Assembly: GCA_965224085.1 (NCBI GenBank)
Contig: CBDCYI010000009.1
Coordinates: 448,001-512,000, forward strand
Direction: 5' to 3'
Length of the DNA stretch: 64,000 bases
DNA from: Candidatus Marinacidobacterales bacterium
Lineage (GTDB): Bacteria; Acidobacteriota; Vicinamibacteria; Marinacidobacterales; SMYC01
Shown piece after piece: positions 58,719-64,000 of the stretch. The notes beneath the pieces were generated by a model, which saw only the letters and a program-made list of their open reading frames with translations, did no database searches and was not told where the DNA came from. The stretch's first letter is position 1. Each line of letters opens with the position of its first letter. The translations under genes and the position numbers were made by a program.

Positions 58719-59972
58719 TCAGGGTGTAGCGTTGGCAAGAGGTGTGAGAGTGACGTCAAAACCGAGCTCCCTTAGGCGTCGTGTCATTCGTATTGTGAGC
58801 TGTTCCTTGTCACGTTGATGGAAGTAATCGGCACCCAGTTCCCGGTATGGAATCTCATTGTGGAGCATGTAGTAGACGGCGGTGATGATGGAGGCGGCGA
58901 CGGCGACGACAGCTTTCTTGGGGCCCCGACGAGATTTGAGCCGGAAGAACTGGGCACGCAGATAGCTGTCGCGCTTGCGGCTTGCCGCCCAAGCGGCTTG
59001 GACAAGAGCGGTCTTGAGCCATGGAGCCCCTTTGCGGGTTTTCTGAGAAAAGCGTTTACCGGCACTCTCATGAAGCCGTGGGCATAGACCGGCCCAAGAG
59101 CGAAGGTGTCCGGCCGTTGGGAATGCCGAGACATCGGGTCCGATCTCGGCGACGAGAATGGCCGCCGTGGCTTCACTGATGCCCGGGATCGTCACCAGAA
59201 GCTCGATGGCCGACCGAAAAGGGCACAGGCTCTCTGTGATACGGGATTCGAGCGCGCTCACTGAGGCTTCAAGCTGCTCGATATGATTGAGATGAAAACC
59301 CAACAGGAAACGATGATGGTCGGTAACGTAGCCCTCGAGCGCTGCGCTCAATTCCTGTTCAGTGGCTTTGAGTCGGCTCGAGCCCAGCTCACTCAGCTTG
59401 TGAGGGTCGCTTTCTCCCGCAATGATCGCTCGGAGAATCGCCCGCCCGCTTACTCCCAAAATCGTGCTAATCACGCTCGTCAATTTGATGTTCGCGTCTT
59501 CCAACGTCTTTTGAATTCGCTGGGTCTCCCGAGCGATTTCTCGAACGAACTGCTTTCGCGTTCGGGTCAGCTCTCGCAGTTCCTGGATCGGCGTTGGCGG
59601 AACGAAGCTAGCTCGAATGAGACCATGGGCAAGCAAATCCGCTATCCACAAGGCATCACTGATATCGCTCTTACGACCCGGCATGTTCTTGACGTGGGCC
59701 GGTTGTGCCAACACCAACTCAAAATGACCTTCGAGCACATGCCACACCGGCTTCCAATACACTCCGGTCGCTTCCATCGCTACAATCGTGCAACCGCACT
59801 GCCCCAGCCAATCCAACATTTCCAGCAATTCGCTCGTGGCCGTGCCGAACACACGCGTCTCGCGCACCACCTTCCGCTTCGTCGCTACCCGCACGCAAGC
59901 CGTAATCGATTTCTGGTGGACGTCCAATCCAGCGCATCGCTTATGAACCACTCTAATCGCAGCCTCCTTCAC
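58719..59972 (-). CDS. IS110-family DEDD recombinase/transposase
   Basis: CAGLDVH, MEATGVYW, GRKSDISDA, TIPGI, WAGLCP..ESAGK. Confidence 0.95.
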   Translation of the reverse strand: MKEAAIRVVHKRCAGLDVHQKSITACVRVATKRKVVRETRVFGTATSELLEMLDWLGQCGCTIVAMEATGVYWKPVWHVLEGHFELVLAQPAHVKNMPGRKSDISDALWIADLLAHGLIRASFVPPTPIQELRELTRTRKQFVREIARETQRIQKTLEDANIKLTSVISTILGVSGRAILRAIIAGESDPHKLSELGSSRLKATEQELSAALEGYVTDHHRFLLGFHLNHIEQLEASVSALESRITESLCPFRSAIELLVTIPGISEATAAILVAEIGPDVSAFPTAGHLRSWAGLCPRLHESAGKRFSQKTRKGAPWLKTALVQAAWAASRKRDSYLRAQFFRLKSRRGPKKAVVAVAASIITAVYYMLHNEIPYRELGADYFHQRDKEQLTIRMTRRLRELGFDVTLTPLANATP

Positions 59973-60170
59973 GTCGCACCGGCGTGGAGCCCACGAACTT
60001 GTAATCTAATAGACGCGCTCAACTATCCCAGCTGGAATAGAAAACGCAATTTGGGGTACGCGCAGGACTCCCAGCCAAACTTGACAACGGGCTCAGTCGC
60101 ACCAACGTTAAGCCGACCTCTGAGCCGGTGCCACCTTCACAGACTACCGCGTTTCATTTATTCGGGGTGA
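59973..60170 (-). ncRNA. Candidate IS110 bridge-RNA region (5' non-coding end)
   Basis: About 200-bp non-coding stretch upstream of the transposase with complementary segments (GGCTCAG/CTGAGCC, CACCGG/CCGGTG); assigned by position. Confidence 0.5.
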
Positions 60171-60248
60171 CCGCCAGGCCGTGGAAAACTTGACATGCCC
60201 CTGAGCGGCTTCAGCAAGGTGACGGTGGACGACGTCGCGGTCGCCCCC

Positions 60249-61238
60249 CTAGGGTTCATCGGTCGGCGCGGACGTGTTGATGTCTGGGTAGAGCCACGAG
60301 TGTTCGAGTCCGGCGTGTCGCTTGCCGTATCGTTCCGGTATGTTCTGTGTCCAGTTGCTGGGCAACGTCAGACAGCACGCCAGTAAAACAACGAGTACGA
60401 TTCTCTGTAACACGAAAGGCGCTTTTTTGGGCGGGGCTTCCACCTCCAGTGCCTCTTTGACACCACTTCGCAGCCGATCCAGGCGCCGAATGCGCGATCG
60501 GATCAAAAAAACGATACCGATCGACACCATGATGAGGTTCAGGGTCTGCCCGGTCCCGAGAGCCAGACGGTGAGTCGGATAGTCGCGAAACAGATCAATG
60601 AATACACGCAAGAACGCATACCAGAAGACGAAACGAGCTGCGGTTGCCCCCGGTGTGGGGTTCATCTTTCGAACACGGAGGAGGAAAGGCACCAGCAGAA
60701 GATTCTTGATGCCGTCATAGAGAACCACCGGATGCCGGATTCCAGCTGCGTCGGGAAACAGCACTCCCCACGGTACATCGGTGAGAGCACCCACGATCTG
60801 ACCGTCGATGAAGTTCCCGACCCTTCCCATTCCCATCAGAAACGAACCGGGGATCACGACTGCGTCGAACAGCGCGAGCAGGTCCTTTCGATAGAGCAAG
60901 GCGAAGGAGGTGACGGCTACAGTCGCTCCGAGAAGTACCCCGTGAGACGCCAGGCCCCCAAGCCAGTATGCCGGAATGAGGATAGGGTGCGCGCTGTAGA
61001 AGGGCCACTCGTCGAATGCGACTTCGATGAGACGCGCCCCGACCAAAACGCCCACCACGATGAAAAGGGTGAGGGTGTATACGTCTCTGGAAGTGAGTCC
61101 GAGCCGAAGCCTGTGGCGGCGCAGAAACAGATGCAAATGCAGGAATCCCAGCGAATAGCCCAACCCATACCACCAGAGATAGACGCCGCCCACTTCGGCA
61201 ATGATCGGGTCGACATTATGGACATAGGGTCCGAACAT
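60249..61238 (-). CDS. lgt: Prolipoprotein diacylglyceryl transferase-like protein (divergent, island-borne)
   Basis: VDPII, WWYG, GARL, GGLASHG, GRVGNFIDGQIVG, RHP..LYD. Confidence 0.85.
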   Translation of the reverse strand: MFGPYVHNVDPIIAEVGGVYLWWYGLGYSLGFLHLHLFLRRHRLRLGLTSRDVYTLTLFIVVGVLVGARLIEVAFDEWPFYSAHPILIPAYWLGGLASHGVLLGATVAVTSFALLYRKDLLALFDAVVIPGSFLMGMGRVGNFIDGQIVGALTDVPWGVLFPDAAGIRHPVVLYDGIKNLLLVPFLLRVRKMNPTPGATAARFVFWYAFLRVFIDLFRDYPTHRLALGTGQTLNLIMVSIGIVFLIRSRIRRLDRLRSGVKEALEVEAPPKKAPFVLQRIVLVVLLACCLTLPSNWTQNIPERYGKRHAGLEHSWLYPDINTSAPTDEP

Positions 61239-61711
61239 CTTTTAAGCTCCCGCATGACATAGCTGTACGTCGTCAGAGTAATTCGGACAAAAGCGCCGTT
61301 TTTCTAAGAGACGAACGCGCCTACCCTACCCGGGCCATTCGTCAGAGGTTGTACGTCGGTCCTTTCTAGTCGTTGAGCAGCCGACAGACAAAGCGGATGC
61401 GTCCCTAGGTTCGTGGAAAAAGAACAGCGCACCTCCACTTCGTCATCAAGGTATCAGATCAAGCGGCGACCTCACCGCTAGCGAGAACCTCGGGCAGATG
61501 TTGGTAGCCATCGATGCGTCGTAGCTGAATCTGGCCAGAGGCAATAAGCGCAAAGAGCAAAGCGACAGCCCACTCCTCGGTGGTGAACGACGCCTGGGTC
61601 TTCGTCCGGCGTCGAAACTCGCGGTTGAGGTTCTCCAAAGCATTGGTTGTACGAATCGAGGTGCTTCCGCTATTAAGTGTTGGTGAGATAACGCTAAGAC
61701 TTTACGCTGCA

Positions 61712-61907
61712 TTAACCCTAATCGCAAATAAACGTCACCGTGTCTGAGGTCTTTGGCCCCGTGAATAGCACCTTTTCCAGGTTCTGCATACACCGTGCAG
61801 AATCACCTATAGTGGCGGCGAGCGGGTGCCCCAGCACGAGCTTCTCGCCTGCGCCCAGTGCGGCTGTTTCGCGTTTCGTGCTTCGAAGATTTTGCGATTA
61901 GGGTTAA
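61712..61907. mobile_element. 196-bp MITE-like element
   Basis: Perfect 17-bp inverted repeat TTAACCCTAATCGCAAA / TTTGCGATTAGGGTTAA. Confidence 0.7.
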
Positions 61908-61912
61908 ATTAC

Positions 61913-62268
61913 TGCCTTGGTGCACAACTCGCGATCTCGGTCCACAATTGTCCTTTACTCACGGATTCGAGGTTCCCCATGAGCATTTTCAAACGCACTC
62001 AGCGGAAGTATGTGATGAAGGCCTATCGCGTGAGGAATTGGCGTGAATATGAGGCGGGGTCTACGCAACCGCGGGAGCCTGACCGTCTGGATCTCGCTCA
62101 CCGCCGGCAAGCTTGTGAACTGGGACGCGCCCCGGCCGAGGAGGAGGAAACCGGGCCGTCAACGCAAGTACTCGAACCACGCCATCGAGACGGCTGTCAC
62201 CCTGGGCATGGTGTTTCATCTGTCATCTAGGCAGAGCGAGGGATTGCTGCGATCGTTGTTCGCTCTGA
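61913..62268 (+). mobile_element. IS5-family left part (same element as 47964-48923), 3'-truncated
   Basis: Left TIR TGCCTTGGTGCACAACTC; KAYRVRNWREYEAG; ~62040-62270 is nearly identical to ~47964-48193. Confidence 0.85.
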
Positions 62269-62502
62269 TGTCAAAACTTGGAGTCTCCGGAAAACCCGGT
62301 TCTCCTCTCGCAGGTAGTCGATCACATCCTGCTCCTGGCGGTTGAGCCAGCCAGCCAGAACGAGGAGTAGGAATTGCACGCCCTTGGCCCGGGCGCAAAC
62401 ACAGACACTAAGCTGCTGATTTGTTGTCTATTTCAAAAAGGGCCGAATTTTGGCACAGGACGGGATCGGTCAGTCGAGTTTTCATTAATTAAATCATCCA
62501 CC

Positions 62503-63848
62503 TGTCCTTCATCATTATTGATCCAGCGGGAATGGTACCGCTGGTGGTCCTACGGCGAACGAAGAAACCCGGGTCGGCGCGCGCGGGCACTTGCCGAGAT
62601 CACGCGATCAATGGGCCGCGGAGCTGGACAACGCAATCGCGAGGGACCCCAGCAATCGACGCGCAGCGACTAAACTGGCTCAGGCGGCGTCGCGCCATTC
62701 GTAGCGGTGGTGGAGCCCACCCACTCGCGGCAACGCGACGACTTTTGCGGTCGGTGATGGTCGGGGCGTGACGGGTCTTGAGTTCGGGGTGTTTTTGTCG
62801 AGACCCAAGTGGCAACGGTCCTCGTGGTAGTAGCTGATGTACAAGCGCATGAGCCGGATGAGATGCCGCTCACTGAGGACAACTACATGCTCTAACATCT
62901 CGCGGCGGCAGTTTCCGATCCAGCGTTCGGCGGTACCGTTTTGCCAAGGGCTGCGATAAGAAATGCGAACAGGCTTTGTGCCCATGGCCCTGATGAACTC
63001 CACCACTGCAGGGCTGAAAATCGCGTCGCGGGCAAAGACCAAGTATCGTGGTGCCGTGTCGTATGGGAATGCCTCGCGCAGTTGTTGAATCACCCACGCT
63101 GACGTGGGGTTGTACGTCGCGTTGAAGTGCAAGATATGGCGACGGCCGTGCTCGATGACAAAGAAGCCGTACAGCAGCCGTAGCGACGCCGTCGGTACGG
63201 CGAACAGATCCATCGCGGCGATGTCGTCCTTGCGGTTCCGCAAGAACGCAATCCATCGCTTCACTTCGTCGGGTTCGGCTCGGCGGCGCGGCATGTATCG
63301 CGACACCGTCATCTCGCTGACAACGAATCCGAGCTTCGTCAGCTCAGCGTGGATACGAGGTGCACCCCAGCCGTCTTGGGCCATCGTGCGGACGAGACAA
63401 CGAATCTCGGCATCAATCCGAGGTCGACCCGGATAGCGCGGACGGGAGATCCGGGCCCAGTATCGGCGGAACCGATCTCGATTCCACCGGGCGACCGTGT
63501 CGGCGTTCACGATAACGAGCCGGCTCGCCCACGCTGGCCACGAGCTTCGGAGCGCAACCCAGAATGCTCGGTCCGTGTCCTCGAGCGGTGGCCGGGGGCG
63601 CTCCTTCTTCAACGCCGTAACTTGCTGCCGCAGGGCCAGGTTTTCAATCACGAGGTCGGCTCGGCACCGACACATCGCCCGGATCGCACGGGCGCCGAGT
63701 GAGACGAGGAAGATGAGGACACGGAGCATGGCGGCAGAGTTTGCCGTCTCAAGACCGGGATCTCAAGCGGAAGATGCGCTCGTTGCCCGAGGCGTGAACG
63801 GTGCGTAAGTCCTTGATTTCAGGAGCGGACGGATATTGATGATGCACA
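62503..63848 (-). mobile_element. rve-integrase IS-like element, copy 2 (1346 bp); transposase 62680-63729
   Basis: Same ends and length as 56154-57499; nearly identical 349-aa ORF. Confidence 0.85.
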
Positions 63849-63850
63849 GG

Positions 63851-63879
63851 CCGTCAGGCCGTGGAAAACTTGACAATAC
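63851..63879. mobile_element. Orphan IS6-like end (second copy at ~60171-60199)
   Basis: CAGGCCGTGGAAAACTTGACAATACC resembles the IS6 TIR at 47948-47963. Confidence 0.55.
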
Positions 63880-64000
63880 CCAGCTACCAGGTTTTCGATC
63901 ATAACGTTGAGCCTTCCCTGCGGCGAGAAACTACTCGCTAAATGTGATATGAACTATCGGATGTCAGAACTTGGAGAAGCGACTAGAGAAGTCCTTGGAC

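Larger units (their letters stand above)
46232..64000. mobile_element. tRNA-Thr-anchored degraded genomic island (IS mosaic)
   Basis: Abrupt switch from intact genes to nested IS fragments, TA modules and recombinase/helicase remnants; TTAGGGGAC direct repeat near 46288-46307. Confidence 0.75.

Noticed and set aside
56150-63852. GGCC as the target duplication of a composite transposon formed by the two rve elements
   Set aside because: The interrupted IS3 sequence does not resume after 63852, so the 4-bp match is probably chance.

Overview
GC-rich bacterial window, most likely Acidobacteriota (inferred from a GWxTD-domain protein, an ADOP-type ABC permease remnant, paired M16 peptidases and a kinase-associated ECF sigma factor). 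It has three zones. (1) 1-27.3 kb: accessory genes, many with frameshifts or truncations, plus IS91, IS5 and IS1634 elements and a MITE. This zone includes a DsbA/FrnE gene with an in-frame TGA in its CxxC motif and a SECIS-like hairpin, i.e. a probable selenoprotein that the ORF track truncates. (2) 27.3-46.2 kb: essentially intact genes (ankyrin proteins, fdhE, mltG, ruvX, a degenerate RtcA homologue, an EnvC-like protein, a degenerate S41 protease, a GWxTD protein, hflX with a probable ATT start, rsgA, lpxB, a matrixin cluster), ending at tRNA-Thr(CGT). (3) 46.2-64 kb: a tRNA-anchored mosaic of mobile elements (IS6, IS5, IS3, IS1-like, IS110, two copies of an rve-integrase element, the 3' end of a group II intron, two toxin-antitoxin modules, helicase and recombinase remnants, a divergent lgt). 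The third zone also holds a 446-bp transposase-free cassette with 24-bp TIRs and an 8-bp target duplication carrying a small membrane-protein gene; its empty target site occurs elsewhere in the window. All protein calls are by motif recognition; no database searches were run.
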